Part shown: in pieces, positions 1 to 10,710 of the stretch
Numbering within the stretch: position 1 is the first letter of the stretch
Layout of the letters: each line of letters opens with the position of its first letter
Source of the DNA: a virus
Lineage: Duplodnaviria; Caudoviricetes
Virus record (IMG/VR): IMGVR_UViG_3300027749_000034
Length of the DNA stretch: 64,000 bases
Direction: 5' to 3' (one strand)
Program-made: the position numbers and the translations under genes
Notes under the pieces: model-generated
The model's database searches: none
Seen by the model: only the letters and a program-made list of their open reading frames with translations
What the model was told of the DNA's origin: nothing

Positions 1-1
1 A

Positions 2-1069
2 GCACTCAAAGACAACAACGGACAGTTGAGCACTGGTTGGAAAACTCTTGATGATAAACTGTATGGTGGATTCAATAAAGGCGAGTTGAATATCTTTGCC
101 GGAGCATCAGGTGCAGGTAAGAGTTTGTTTTTACAGAACCTTGGACTGAACTGGGCAATGAGTGGATTGAATACTGTTTACTTTAGTTTGGAGCTCAGCG
201 AGGGCTTATGTGCCATGCGTATGGATGCCATGCTGTCTGACACGCCAACCAGAGAAGTGTTTAAGAAACTAGAGGATGTGGATCTCAAAGTGCGTATGGC
301 AGGAAAGAAAGCCGGCATCCTACAAATTGTACAGTTGACAAATGGTGTAACTCCAAATGACTTGTTGGCGTGGGTAAGAGAATTTCAAACTCAGCGCAAG
401 ATTAAAGTGGATGCTATCTTGGTTGACTACTTGGACTTGATGATGCCAGCAGGACAGAAGATCAGCGTCAGCGACATGTTTGTCAAAGACAAGTTGGTAG
501 CAGAGGAACTGCGTAACCTAGTGGTCAATGAGCAGTTGTTATTGGCAACAGCGTCACAGTTGAATCGTAGTGCAGTTGAAAGTGTGGAGTTTGACCACAG
601 TATGATTGCAGGCGGCCTATCTAAGATTCAAACAGCTGACAATGTGTTTGGTATCTACAGTACTCCAACAATGCGTGAGCGTTGTATGGTACAAATACAA
701 TTTATGAAAACTCGTAGCTCTAGTGCAGTTGGACAGAAGATTGACTTGAGTTTTAATCCGGATACTTTGCGTATCACAGACATGGCAGGTGATAATAGTG
801 CCAGCACATCTAGAGCCAGTGATGTATATGAAAAGATCAAGTCTAGGACAAATTTAGGAACAACAGTAACACCAACGCTGTCTACCAAATGGGAAAAGCC
901 ACAGGCCAAAGAAGGATTTGATTTAGAAAAGCCGCAGGGAGGTACACATGCTTGGGATATTCCACCAAATAATTCTGGTGCAAATGGACAAGTGACACCT
1001 GCGTCTGTACCAGTTGCCAGTAATGCCAATAGAGATGCACTACGAGCGATTGTCAGTCGTGAAACTTGA
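2..1069 (+). CDS. DnaB/gp41-like replicative helicase (5' partial)
   Basis: Walker A GASGAGKS, Walker B ILVDYLD, TASQLNR motif; frame open back to window start. Confidence 0.93.
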   Translation, partial: ALKDNNGQLSTGWKTLDDKLYGGFNKGELNIFAGASGAGKSLFLQNLGLNWAMSGLNTVYFSLELSEGLCAMRMDAMLSDTPTREVFKKLEDVDLKVRMAGKKAGILQIVQLTNGVTPNDLLAWVREFQTQRKIKVDAILVDYLDLMMPAGQKISVSDMFVKDKLVAEELRNLVVNEQLLLATASQLNRSAVESVEFDHSMIAGGLSKIQTADNVFGIYSTPTMRERCMVQIQFMKTRSSSAVGQKIDLSFNPDTLRITDMAGDNSASTSRASDVYEKIKSRTNLGTTVTPTLSTKWEKPQAKEGFDLEKPQGGTHAWDIPPNNSGANGQVTPASVPVASNANRDALRAIVSRET

Positions 1070-1516
1070 TCACTTTAATTCAAATGGGTCTTTGGGGTCT
1101 TTTGGCTCTTCATCGTCGATGTCAAATCCAACATATCGATCGTCTGTTTCATCTGGATCGTTATCTAGTTCTTTCTCATTGTCGCGATTGAATTTTGCAA
1201 TGTCATTTTTTAAACGATTCATCAGCCCATTGTCACTTGCAATAATGTCAATCATGCTGGTAAATGCAGAGGTAATTGTTTTTGCTTCAGCAGTACTAAC
1301 TGGCTGTTGGTTTGACATTTTGTTCAAAATTTGCATGAATCTGCTGGCTGTTTTACCATCAACCAGCGGGCGAAGCGCAACTTTTAATCTCAACAGGTCA
1401 CCAGTGGATATGTCGTGGTCAGGTTCACCAGTATCACTGTGTGTATTATATTCGGAAATTTGCTCTAGCTTGTTGGCTAAGTTACGCAATTCCTGTGCGC
1501 CGGGTGACAGTTCCAC
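1070..1516 (-). CDS. hypothetical protein
   Basis: 148-aa ORF, AGGAG RBS and TAAATA motif upstream on minus strand. Confidence 0.7.
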   Translation of the reverse strand: MELSPGAQELRNLANKLEQISEYNTHSDTGEPDHDISTGDLLRLKVALRPLVDGKTASRFMQILNKMSNQQPVSTAEAKTITSAFTSMIDIIASDNGLMNRLKNDIAKFNRDNEKELDNDPDETDDRYVGFDIDDEEPKDPKDPFELK

Positions 1517-1563
1517 TTTTTAGATCTCCTATTTCAATTCTATTTACCATAAATAACTTAATC

Positions 1564-1815
1564 ATGCGTAAACACACTCGTAGTATATTAGATGAAATTA
1601 CCGGGCTAGTACCCAAGCAAGACAAGCACTTGCTAATTGAGGGTCTAGCTGTACAGGCCATTGCCCGTGTAATTAATCTAGTAGAAGTAATACAACAAAA
1701 CTATCCTCAACATCAGTCTGAGGAACTAATTCGACGATTGCAATTGGCCATCAAAAATGGTGATCCTGCTAAATTTACCCGCGGTGTACGCTCAATAAAG
1801 GAAAACGAACTGTGA
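1564..1815 (+). CDS. hypothetical protein
   Basis: ATG 1564 follows TAAATA (1550-1555); overlaps next start. Confidence 0.7.
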   Translation: MRKHTRSILDEITGLVPKQDKHLLIEGLAVQAIARVINLVEVIQQNYPQHQSEELIRRLQLAIKNGDPAKFTRGVRSIKENEL

Positions 1816-3023
1816 AAATTCGTGAATTGCAAAGACAAAAATTAAAAGAAGGCTTCTTAGACAATTTAATTTCTAAGGTCAAAGACATGGCTGGCGGAGA
1901 TGGCCCCACTGGAATTGTCCGAAGCTTGATGGGTCAAGCGCCTAATCTAAACAAATTAGCAGACGAAATTGCCAACAATGCCAGAAGTAAAATACTCACC
2001 AGATTGGGCAATCAAATCAATGCTATTAAAAATGGAACAGCACCAACACCAATTGGACTTATTTTCCAACAAGCTCTGGCTGTTGCCGGTAACATTGCCA
2101 ATGGTGAAGAGGGTGTCAAGTTCAATCCAGCGCAAATTAAAGCAACTATTTCAAGCAAAGGAAATGAGCTTTTAAAAATTGTGCTGAATGGTGATGCCGC
2201 CAGCGATGACACAGTGACACAAGTGTACAACGCAATTCAATCAGGCACTCCAGAAATAACACTTGCAAATGATATCAATGTAACAATCAAAACTGTTGGA
2301 ATGATAGTGGCGGCCGCACTGGTTTATATTTCAACTCAGGCCGAGGATAATCCTGGTGCTGGATTCAAAATAGATCCAACGCTGTTGAGTAAGTTCAACA
2401 ACAGTGGAGAGCAAATTATTACCACATTGGTAAACCCAACATCGCCTGTGCTACGGTCATTGAAACCAACGCCACAGTACAAAGATAACTTGGAAAACTT
2501 GATTGCAAACCTGGTCAACGAGTTGATGGAATTCACTGACAAGTCAGTGGAGGAAATACAGGCCGCTGGAGTCAGTCCAAAATTGGTCAGCCTGGCACAA
2601 ATTGAAACTGCATTGGGTGGGCATGATATCAATGTAGATGTTGCAGTAGTAAAGGATGCGGCCAGGAAATTGAACTTGCAAATTACAAATTTAACAAAAG
2701 CATTTTTAAGTTCTGCCGCACTAGAAGCACAAGCAACTGGATCCGCTGATCGTTCTTGGCAACAGTTGGTCAAGCCTTGGGGTCAAAAAATTATGACTTC
2801 ATTGGATAATTTAAATCTTGCTGGCGGAAAACCCGGAGACGCACCAACAACTACACCACCTGAAGTTGAGGATACCTTTAAAAAGGCAGACGAAGCAGGA
2901 GATGCGGCCCGTAGTGCTCTTAGAAAAAACGCAGGCGAATCTAACGAGGACTTTATTGCCCGGGGCTATGCAGAATCTGACAGAGCAAGAACAGAGTACT
3001 TGAAGGCAAACCCAACACCATGA
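1812..3023 (+). CDS. hypothetical (putative virion) protein
   Basis: 403-aa ORF; N-terminal MKIxE...LxE pattern typical of jumbo-phage late proteins. Confidence 0.7.
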   Translation: MKIRELQRQKLKEGFLDNLISKVKDMAGGDGPTGIVRSLMGQAPNLNKLADEIANNARSKILTRLGNQINAIKNGTAPTPIGLIFQQALAVAGNIANGEEGVKFNPAQIKATISSKGNELLKIVLNGDAASDDTVTQVYNAIQSGTPEITLANDINVTIKTVGMIVAAALVYISTQAEDNPGAGFKIDPTLLSKFNNSGEQIITTLVNPTSPVLRSLKPTPQYKDNLENLIANLVNELMEFTDKSVEEIQAAGVSPKLVSLAQIETALGGHDINVDVAVVKDAARKLNLQITNLTKAFLSSAALEAQATGSADRSWQQLVKPWGQKIMTSLDNLNLAGGKPGDAPTTTPPEVEDTFKKADEAGDAARSALRKNAGESNEDFIARGYAESDRARTEYLKANPTP

Positions 3024-4174
3024 AAATATTTGAAATAGCAATCAATGGCAAGCGTATGCTGTCTGAAGCCAAGGCTCGTATTGACCATCCTGAAGATATT
3101 ATCTTTGACGAAGGACTTGCTGGAGCACAGCGAGCACTTGATGCAATCACACATGCCGCAGGCAATCCAACCAGCACATCAGTAAAATGGGATGGCACGC
3201 CAGCAATTATATTTGGCCGAGACGAAGGTGGATTTGTATTCACCGACAAGGCCGGATTTGGTGCAAAGAAATATGATGGCATGGCTCGTAGCCAAACAAT
3301 GTTTAGAGACATGATTTATAATCGCAAGCCAGATGAGCCGGGTCGTTTAGACTATGCTGGACATCTTGCCAAGTTGTATCCTATGCTTGAAAAGGCAGTT
3401 CCTAAAAAGTTTCAAGGTTACATCCAAGGCGATGTAATGTGGATGAATCGCCCGCCACTGGACGATGAAGGTAATTTTGTATTCAAACCCAACAAGGTCA
3501 GATATCGTATTCCCAAAGACAGCAACCTTGGCGACACTATTAAACTCAGCACCGCAGGCGTTGTTGTGCATAGCATATTTGAAAGCCGCACAGACGAAGA
3601 ACCTAGAGCAATTGAATCGGTAAAATCTCTTGGATTAACACCCACAGCCAAGTTGTTGATTTTAAACCCAGAAATGAAAATTGAACAGGGCACCACACAT
3701 GCATTAGATGACAGTTATGTGCAGGCCGTGGCTGGATTGATTGCCAAAGGCAAGTCAATTGAAAAGTTTCTCGACCCGTATACCATTGGATCATTGAAGA
3801 TTAGTAATCTTGGTGACTTATGCAAGAGCTACTTGAATTACAAAGCAAGAAAAGGCGACATGGACCTGACCGGAGCCGCCCAGGAGTTTATCAATTGGGT
3901 AAATGATCCAGCACTAAGTAAGTTGACAGAAAACAAAAGACAAAATGTCATTGCACACATTGAAGGCAATCAACCTGCTTACAAAACAATGTGGAAATTG
4001 GTAAATGCACTGGTAGCATTGAAGATGCATATGAAGAGTCAATTAGATTCTCATCCTGGCAGTGATGTTATGGCAGATATAAACGGCGAAACTGGACACG
4101 AAGGATTTGTGTCAGATACTCCACATGGTAAAATTAAATTTGTAAACAGACCGCTGTTTATGAAAGAGGAATAA
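3020..4174 (+). CDS. ligase-like nucleotidyltransferase-fold protein (DUF6267-like)
   Basis: VKWDG (KxDG motif I), QGD and HEGFV motifs resembling RNA/DNA ligase motifs. Confidence 0.65.
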   Translation: MKIFEIAINGKRMLSEAKARIDHPEDIIFDEGLAGAQRALDAITHAAGNPTSTSVKWDGTPAIIFGRDEGGFVFTDKAGFGAKKYDGMARSQTMFRDMIYNRKPDEPGRLDYAGHLAKLYPMLEKAVPKKFQGYIQGDVMWMNRPPLDDEGNFVFKPNKVRYRIPKDSNLGDTIKLSTAGVVVHSIFESRTDEEPRAIESVKSLGLTPTAKLLILNPEMKIEQGTTHALDDSYVQAVAGLIAKGKSIEKFLDPYTIGSLKISNLGDLCKSYLNYKARKGDMDLTGAAQEFINWVNDPALSKLTENKRQNVIAHIEGNQPAYKTMWKLVNALVALKMHMKSQLDSHPGSDVMADINGETGHEGFVSDTPHGKIKFVNRPLFMKEE

Positions 4175-4175
4175 T

Positions 4176-4949
4176 ATGGAAGACAACAGCTTTAGTTTCA
4201 TTAGAGAAAATTGTAACGAAAGTAAAATGTTTCGTAACGCATACTTGGAGCAAATGACTCTAAGAGATACTGCTGACAGCGTATTTTTAAACATGATTAC
4301 TTTGTACCTTTTGAGTAAGGAATTTGAAACTGCTGGCTTTGCTCAAGACTATGCTCATAGAACATCAATGTATGGAAATTTTCAAGTAGCAAGAGTAAGT
4401 GGAACAGACTTATACCAAGGTATTCATATTGTATTATACCCACACAGTGAAACGGCATTAAAATTAAATGCTGAAGAACAAAATGCAATACTTGCATCTA
4501 AGATGCATCCACAGCAAAAGATGTTCAAAGACTTTTTGCGCGGCATCCAATCAGGTATGACTTCTATTACAGCTATTCGACTAATGTATAGAATTGAAAG
4601 CCAGCTTGGTATCAATATCAGCAACTACAAGAGTTTACGCAGATTAGTCACTGACTGGGATAATATCAGCACATATCAACGACAGTTATGTGTAACTAGA
4701 CTATTACAATATTATCGAGTTCGCGGCCGTAGAAGCGAACTGTTTCCAGTACTGACCACATTGTCACAAAACAAAGGTTTGGAACTCACAGACGCAGGCA
4801 ATGCCGAGTTGCGTGATGTTGGAGCAGGTGCAATTGTCGGATCCAGTTCAGGCCACGGATTTTTAAGTAGTTTGGCCGCTGTGGCCGCAGGAGCCTTGGC
4901 CGGCCATGTTGCACAACGAGCACTCAGCGGTCCAGTGCATAACAAGTAA
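4176..4949 (+). CDS. hypothetical protein
   Basis: 257-aa ORF with RBS, C-terminal Ala/Gly-rich segment. Confidence 0.75.
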   Translation: MEDNSFSFIRENCNESKMFRNAYLEQMTLRDTADSVFLNMITLYLLSKEFETAGFAQDYAHRTSMYGNFQVARVSGTDLYQGIHIVLYPHSETALKLNAEEQNAILASKMHPQQKMFKDFLRGIQSGMTSITAIRLMYRIESQLGINISNYKSLRRLVTDWDNISTYQRQLCVTRLLQYYRVRGRRSELFPVLTTLSQNKGLELTDAGNAELRDVGAGAIVGSSSGHGFLSSLAAVAAGALAGHVAQRALSGPVHNK

Positions 4950-4957
4950 GGAATCAT

Positions 4958-5374
4958 ATGTCAAGAAATTCGTGGATGATTCCCGGATCTTCAATTGGTG
5001 CAGACCCTGACTTTTTTACAGCTTGGACATTGTTTGACATAAGTCCAAATGATGCAGGTGGCACCAGAAATTTAAACAAATTCTTTTCATTGATTAGTGG
5101 ACATGGTCAACCGTTAATTGCTGGTGTCGAACAACTGTTGGATCAACCACTTGCCGGCGGCATGTTTGGCGAGAATCACACAGGTAATCATAATGTTTGG
5201 TGCTTGAAGTGGATTGCAGATCGTCAGGGTTTGATGAGCGAAGATTCCTTATCTAAGGAATTCAACAATGTTGCTTTGGAACTTGGTTTAGAAGAAACAG
5301 CCAACATAAATGGCCAAGTTTTAACCCAAGGTCCCGACACAAACACCTTTTTTATTCGGCACGATTCTTTCTAA
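4958..5374 (+). CDS. hypothetical protein
   Basis: 138-aa ORF, AAGGA RBS. Confidence 0.75.
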   Translation: MSRNSWMIPGSSIGADPDFFTAWTLFDISPNDAGGTRNLNKFFSLISGHGQPLIAGVEQLLDQPLAGGMFGENHTGNHNVWCLKWIADRQGLMSEDSLSKEFNNVALELGLEETANINGQVLTQGPDTNTFFIRHDSF

Positions 5375-5495
5375 GATCGGCTAAATATCACTAATATAAA
5401 CAACCCGTATTAACACAACTCACCCTGGCTCATTGTATTCTGATTCACCTCAAGTATGAACTTGGGTGTGGTTTAATATTGGGTAATATAAGTTT

Positions 5496-5789
5496 ATGGG
5501 TGACAGTAAAATTACTGAGTCAACAAGCCTGGAAATGCATGTGGAATTATGTGCAGAACGCTACAAGCGTTTAGAAGAAAAGTTTGATTTGGTTGAAGAA
5601 CGATTGGGTCATTTGCACGGCGACTTTACTAGTTTTAAGGGTGAAAATTCTAAGAATCTAAATGAAATTAAAACCATGCTGAGTAATGCAAAAGACGAAA
5701 AATTTAAAACAATGGTGACTGCAACTGCCACTGTTATTGTTGCGTTGGTTGGAATGTTAGGATATGTTGTTTTACACTTGCCAAAATAA
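5496..5789 (+). CDS. coiled-coil protein with C-terminal TM helix (holin/XhlA-like)
   Basis: Heptad-rich N-terminus; hydrophobic ATATVIVALVGMLGYVVL. Confidence 0.55.
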   Translation: MGDSKITESTSLEMHVELCAERYKRLEEKFDLVEERLGHLHGDFTSFKGENSKNLNEIKTMLSNAKDEKFKTMVTATATVIVALVGMLGYVVLHLPK

Positions 5790-5839
5790 GTGGTTACGAT
5801 TAAAACTAAAAGACACTAAATAGCACATCGGAGAACCAT

Positions 5840-6457
5840 ATGAAATTTAATGACATTACATTAACAAAAACGCCAGCTAACGCGGCCCGTGAGGCATTGC
5901 TTAAAGAAAGCATTGTTGTCAACGAGAATCTTTCGGGTTACAGATTACACGAAGAACTACAGCGTGTGCGTGAAGAAATTGACATTCTTTCAAGTAAAGG
6001 TGGTGCTGAGTATGCTCGCGCTATTTTACACAAAGAAGTCTATGAAAGTGCATTGCTTGAAGCTGATTTAGATGAAGAAGGCATTGAACAAGCCGAAGTT
6101 ATTATCGCCGCCAAAGCAATGAACAAGAAATTCCAAGACATGATTGAAGATGTAGCTGACATGCTTGGCAGTGATATGATTACCTTGGTTGACCAAATGA
6201 AACAACGATTTGGTGATGGCGCAGGTGAGCAATATTCACAAAATGTTAAAGGTGCGTTGGAAACAGCAATTGATACTTTGACAACTACAAAAGATTCGTT
6301 AGACAGCGCAATTACAGGTTTAACCAATCCAGGACAAATTCAACCAGCGGATGCCTTGGGCGCCGAGCCTGGTGCAGAAGAAGCTCCAATCTACCCAAGC
6401 AGTACCGGCCCAGAAGATGAAACTACTGGCAGGGAGATGAAGAGTGATATTGCTTGA
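5840..6457 (+). CDS. hypothetical acidic (putative head scaffold-like) protein
   Basis: 205-aa acidic helical ORF, GGAG RBS, TAAATA at 5817. Confidence 0.65.
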   Translation: MKFNDITLTKTPANAAREALLKESIVVNENLSGYRLHEELQRVREEIDILSSKGGAEYARAILHKEVYESALLEADLDEEGIEQAEVIIAAKAMNKKFQDMIEDVADMLGSDMITLVDQMKQRFGDGAGEQYSQNVKGALETAIDTLTTTKDSLDSAITGLTNPGQIQPADALGAEPGAEEAPIYPSSTGPEDETTGREMKSDIA

Positions 6458-6785
6458 ACTAACTAGTTTCGATAACGAATTTTCCAACGCCGTCAAGATG
6501 TTGATCATCAAAGGTCAAAACGACGGCTTGACGACTATTCCCATGAAACAGTTGACCAGTGATTTAAGTCGTATGGGCTATAACGCATCCAACAATGTGG
6601 ATGCTGTCCGACAACTCATTTCCACTTTCAAAGCAAAAAACAAAAATCTAGTAGCCGATGTCAATAACGATCAAGTTATGTTAACAACTGTACCAACTGC
6701 TGATAATCAAGACAAGGTAGAACAAGACAAAGAAAAAGTCAGCAAAGATGCAGTCGGTCAAGCAAGAAAGGCACTGGGACTATGA
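6444..6785 (+). CDS. hypothetical protein
   Basis: 113-aa ORF in operon. Confidence 0.7.
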   Translation: MILLELTSFDNEFSNAVKMLIIKGQNDGLTTIPMKQLTSDLSRMGYNASNNVDAVRQLISTFKAKNKNLVADVNNDQVMLTTVPTADNQDKVEQDKEKVSKDAVGQARKALGL

Positions 6786-7132
6786 GTAGAATAATGTTAA
6801 CTGCCGGTGAGGCCAGAGTTAAATCTTTACAAGATATTATTGTTATTCGAGAAATCCGAGATATCGAAGAAGCAATTATTGAAGCAAGTTCAGACGGTGC
6901 CATGTCAGTAATACTTGGCATTACTACCACAATGGCCAAGCCAACTGCAAGTGCTCCTGGTTATGCAGTGGCCGCAGAATATTTTAATACATGGCAAGGT
7001 GATAGAGACGATCGTCAAAAGACTTTGCAAATGAACAAGGTGGTTCAATACTTCAGCGACCTTGGATACACAATTGATCGACAAACCAATTTGGTATCAA
7101 ATGCCACATTCCAGTGGTACATCAGCTGGTAA
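6782..7132 (+). CDS. hypothetical protein
   Basis: 116-aa ORF, ATGA overlap. Confidence 0.75.
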   Translation: MSRIMLTAGEARVKSLQDIIVIREIRDIEEAIIEASSDGAMSVILGITTTMAKPTASAPGYAVAAEYFNTWQGDRDDRQKTLQMNKVVQYFSDLGYTIDRQTNLVSNATFQWYISW

Positions 7133-7140
7133 AATAGTCA

Positions 7141-7169
7141 TTGACATCTGTCGTTGTTTCGTTTATACT
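7141..7169 (+). promoter_or_regulatory. sigma70-type promoter
   Basis: TTGACA-17-TATACT, 8 nt before ATG 7178. Confidence 0.8.
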
Positions 7170-7177
7170 AAACGACA

Positions 7178-7846
7178 ATGATAACTTTTAATCCCAAATA
7201 CAAATACGAAAAATTAACTAGGATTGATGGTCCTAGCCGTCTTTATGCTACTCCCGATGGTTCTCGGGTTCCTAGTGTAACAACAATCCTGAGTGGCACC
7301 GCAGACAAAACATTCTTAATTGAATGGCGCAAGCGTGTAGGTGATGCAGAGGCAACTCGCATCAGTACAGAAAGTGCCGGACTTGGGACACTGGTTCACA
7401 AGCATGTTGAAAACTTTATAGAAGGCATAGAACGACCACCGGGTAGTACTCCTATTCATGTGCTGGCCCGTAGCATGTCTGATATGATCATCAATCAAGG
7501 ACTTCCAGGTGTTGATGAAGTATGGGGCATGGAAGCAAGTCTTTACTACCCTGGCTTGTATGCTGGCACCACAGACTTGTGCGGTGTGTACAAGGGCAAG
7601 CCCAGTATTATGGACCATAAGACTGCTAAGAAAATGAAGAAGCCCGAGTGGATGCAGGATTATTTTATCCAAACTACAGCATACGCATTGGCACACAATG
7701 AAGTACATGGCACTGACATCCAACAAGGTGTGCTGTTTATGGCTGATAGAGAAGGTGCATACGAAACATTCATCATCGAAGGTGCAGAATTTAAACACTA
7801 CAGCGACCTCTGGTTGCAACGAGTTGAACAGTACTACAAACTGTAA
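7178..7846 (+). CDS. PD-(D/E)XK exonuclease
   Basis: VPSVTTIL, GTLVH, E-x-LY, AGTTD and DHKT motifs. Confidence 0.88.
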   Translation: MITFNPKYKYEKLTRIDGPSRLYATPDGSRVPSVTTILSGTADKTFLIEWRKRVGDAEATRISTESAGLGTLVHKHVENFIEGIERPPGSTPIHVLARSMSDMIINQGLPGVDEVWGMEASLYYPGLYAGTTDLCGVYKGKPSIMDHKTAKKMKKPEWMQDYFIQTTAYALAHNEVHGTDIQQGVLFMADREGAYETFIIEGAEFKHYSDLWLQRVEQYYKL

Positions 7847-7857
7847 TAAGTAGTACC

Positions 7858-8304
7858 GTGGAACATAGAACCCTAGAACATTGGTTCCTTGACAAGCAAG
7901 GAAAGTTATCAGCCTGGCGCGAGTGGAGACAACAGTTATCTGCAATGGATACTGAATCTGCTTACAACGAAGCCGCTACCTGGTGGAAATTTGTTCCTTT
8001 AGTAAACAAAACCTTTGATCCTTGGAGAGAAGAAACTTGGCCTGATCCTTGGTCATTGGTGGGCAATGGAAGTTTTTGTCCCAATGCACAAGGCCTTGGA
8101 ATTTTTTATAGCCTAGTATTAACCAGCATAGATTGCGAGTTAATGCTGGTTATTTTGGAAGACAAACCTCGGCTTATGGTATTACTACCAAACAAAACTT
8201 TGTTAAATTATTATGACGGAGAAACAGTTGACATGAAAAATGCAGACTTCCAAATTTTAAAAACATGGACGTCTAGCGACCTGGCTAGGCTGGTTAAAGT
8301 GTAA
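7858..8304 (+). CDS. hypothetical protein
   Basis: 148-aa Trp-rich ORF; TAAGTA at 7847. Confidence 0.7.
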   Translation: MEHRTLEHWFLDKQGKLSAWREWRQQLSAMDTESAYNEAATWWKFVPLVNKTFDPWREETWPDPWSLVGNGSFCPNAQGLGIFYSLVLTSIDCELMLVILEDKPRLMVLLPNKTLLNYYDGETVDMKNADFQILKTWTSSDLARLVKV

Positions 8305-8368
8305 AGATATTACGTCAGTGGTCCTGGTTAAGTATTTGACCGTTTTATGACTAGGAGCACTACAAACA

Positions 8369-10702
8369 ATGGATAATCAAATAAGAGATATGAGCAAAAG
8401 TATAATAAATGTTGTAAAGAGAGATGGACACCGAGAGCCATTAGATATAAACAAAATCCATTTGATGGTAGAAGAGGCATGCGAAGGGTTAACTGGAGTC
8501 AGCGTAAGTCAAATTGAAATGAATGCAGATTTGCAGTTCAATGATGGCATTACCACTGCTGACATCCAAGAAATTCTTGTGCGTAGTGCTAGCGATTTAA
8601 TTAGTCTAGACAAGCCAAAATATCAGTATGCCGCGGCCCGTTTATTGCTATACGGTTTACGCAAAGATGTATTTGGACAATTTGATTATATCCCATTGTA
8701 TGATCTAGTTAAGAAGAATGTTGAGCGTGGTGTATATGATGCTGAATTGTTGACTCAATATACCGAAGCAGAATGGCGTCAGCTAGATGTCTATATCAAT
8801 CACGAACGCGACTTAGAATTCACCTACGCTGGCATGCGCCAAGTTGTGGACAAGTATCTGGTTCAAGATCGTAGCAATGGTTGTGTGTTTGAAACTCCAC
8901 AGTACATGTACATGATGATTGCGGCAACATTGTTTGCCACCTATCCAGCTGACAAGCGCCTGAGTTATATTCGTCGTTACTATGATGCAATTTCTACATT
9001 TAAAATTAATATTCCTACTCCTGTAATGAGCGGAGTGCGTACTCCTATTCGACAATTTGCCAGTTGTGTGCTGGTTGATGTTGATGACACATTACCTAGT
9101 ATCTTCAATAGTTCTACCGCCGTTGGTTATTACATTGCACAACGAGCTGGCATTGGTCTAAATCTTGGTCGCATTCGTGCCATCAATTCAAAGATTCGCG
9201 GCGGCGAAGTGGCACACACTGGTGTTGTCCCCTTCTTAAAAGTATTTGAGTCAGTGGTGCGTAGCTGTACACAAAATGGTGTGCGTGGCGGAAGTGCCAC
9301 TGTGCATTTCCCAATTTGGCACAAAGAAATTGAAGACATACTGGTGTTGAAGAACAACAAAGGAACAGAAGATAATCGTGTTCGCAAGTTGGACTATTCA
9401 ATCCAGTTAAGCAAACTTTTCTATGAGCGACTAATTACCGATGGTGATATCACATTGTTCTCACCACATGATGTTCCTGGCCTGTACGAAGCATTTGGCA
9501 ACAACGATGTATTTGATGCGCTGTATGTAAAATACGAAAACAATTCTAAGATTCCAAAGAAGACTGTGAAGGCCATGACATTGTTTGGACAGATGCTGAA
9601 AGAAAGAGCAGAAACCGGCCGCATCTATATCATGAACATTGACCACTGTAACAGTCACAGTAGCTTTCAAGATATGATTCGCATGAGTAACCTGTGTCAA
9701 GAAATTACATTGCCAACAGATCCAATTCAATCCATGGATGATGTTGAAGGAGAAATTGCCCTTTGTATTCTGAGTGCAATCAATGTTGGCAATCTAAGAG
9801 AGTTGGATGATCTTAAAAACCTAACAGAACTTGCTGTTCGTGCGCTGGATCAGATCATTGACTATCAGCGTTATCCAGTTGTGGCCGCAGAACGCAGTAC
9901 CAAGGCTCGTCGCAGTCTTGGAATTGGTTACATTGGCATGGCACATTACCTGGCCAAGAAAGGTTTGAAGTACAGCGACCCAGAAGCCGCCCGGTCAGTC
10001 AATCGTTTAACGGAAGCATTCCAGTATTACTTGATCAAGGCCAGTGTGCAGTTGGCCAAGGAAAAAGGCCCATGTGAATTCTTTGACCGTACAAAATACA
10101 GCCAGGGCATTTTACCAGTTGACACATACAAGCGTGAAGTTGATGAGTTTCTTGGAACTGAGTTACATTACGATTGGGAAGCCCTACGCAGAGAAGTTGC
10201 AGAGCATGGCATGCGTCACAGCACACTGAGCGCACAAATGCCCAGTGAATCAAGTAGTGTGGCCAGCAATGAAACAAACGGTATTGAGCCACCGCGTGCC
10301 GCAATGAGTACAAAGAAGAGCAAGAAAGGCCCGTTGAAACAAATTGTTCCTCAATATAATTCATTGAAAAATGATTATTCATATCTGTATGAAGAAGGTG
10401 TCAATGATGGTTACATTCGTATTGTAGCCGCAATGCAAAAATACTTTGATCAAGCAATTTCAGGAAATTGGTCATACAATCCAAAACACTACCCAGACAA
10501 CGAAGTACCAATGAGTGTGATGTTCACTGATCTACTGACCACATATAAATTGGGTTGGAAAACCAGTTACTACCAGAATACATACGACATGAAAGGTGAA
10601 GATGAAGATAACATACAATCTGTGTCAGACACTCATCATAATTTACAACCAACACTATTGATACCCGATAGTGATGAAGCTTGCGAAGCTTGCACAATTT
10701 AA
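8369..10702 (+). CDS. nrdA: ribonucleotide reductase class Ia alpha subunit
   Basis: N-terminal ATP cone (VVKRDG), FASCVL, SNLCQEI, C-terminal CEAC; no intein or intron seen. Confidence 0.97.
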   Translation: MDNQIRDMSKSIINVVKRDGHREPLDINKIHLMVEEACEGLTGVSVSQIEMNADLQFNDGITTADIQEILVRSASDLISLDKPKYQYAAARLLLYGLRKDVFGQFDYIPLYDLVKKNVERGVYDAELLTQYTEAEWRQLDVYINHERDLEFTYAGMRQVVDKYLVQDRSNGCVFETPQYMYMMIAATLFATYPADKRLSYIRRYYDAISTFKINIPTPVMSGVRTPIRQFASCVLVDVDDTLPSIFNSSTAVGYYIAQRAGIGLNLGRIRAINSKIRGGEVAHTGVVPFLKVFESVVRSCTQNGVRGGSATVHFPIWHKEIEDILVLKNNKGTEDNRVRKLDYSIQLSKLFYERLITDGDITLFSPHDVPGLYEAFGNNDVFDALYVKYENNSKIPKKTVKAMTLFGQMLKERAETGRIYIMNIDHCNSHSSFQDMIRMSNLCQEITLPTDPIQSMDDVEGEIALCILSAINVGNLRELDDLKNLTELAVRALDQIIDYQRYPVVAAERSTKARRSLGIGYIGMAHYLAKKGLKYSDPEAARSVNRLTEAFQYYLIKASVQLAKEKGPCEFFDRTKYSQGILPVDTYKREVDEFLGTELHYDWEALRREVAEHGMRHSTLSAQMPSESSSVASNETNGIEPPRAAMSTKKSKKGPLKQIVPQYNSLKNDYSYLYEEGVNDGYIRIVAAMQKYFDQAISGNWSYNPKHYPDNEVPMSVMFTDLLTTYKLGWKTSYYQNTYDMKGEDEDNIQSVSDTHHNLQPTLLIPDSDEACEACTI

Positions 10703-10710
10703 GGATGCAG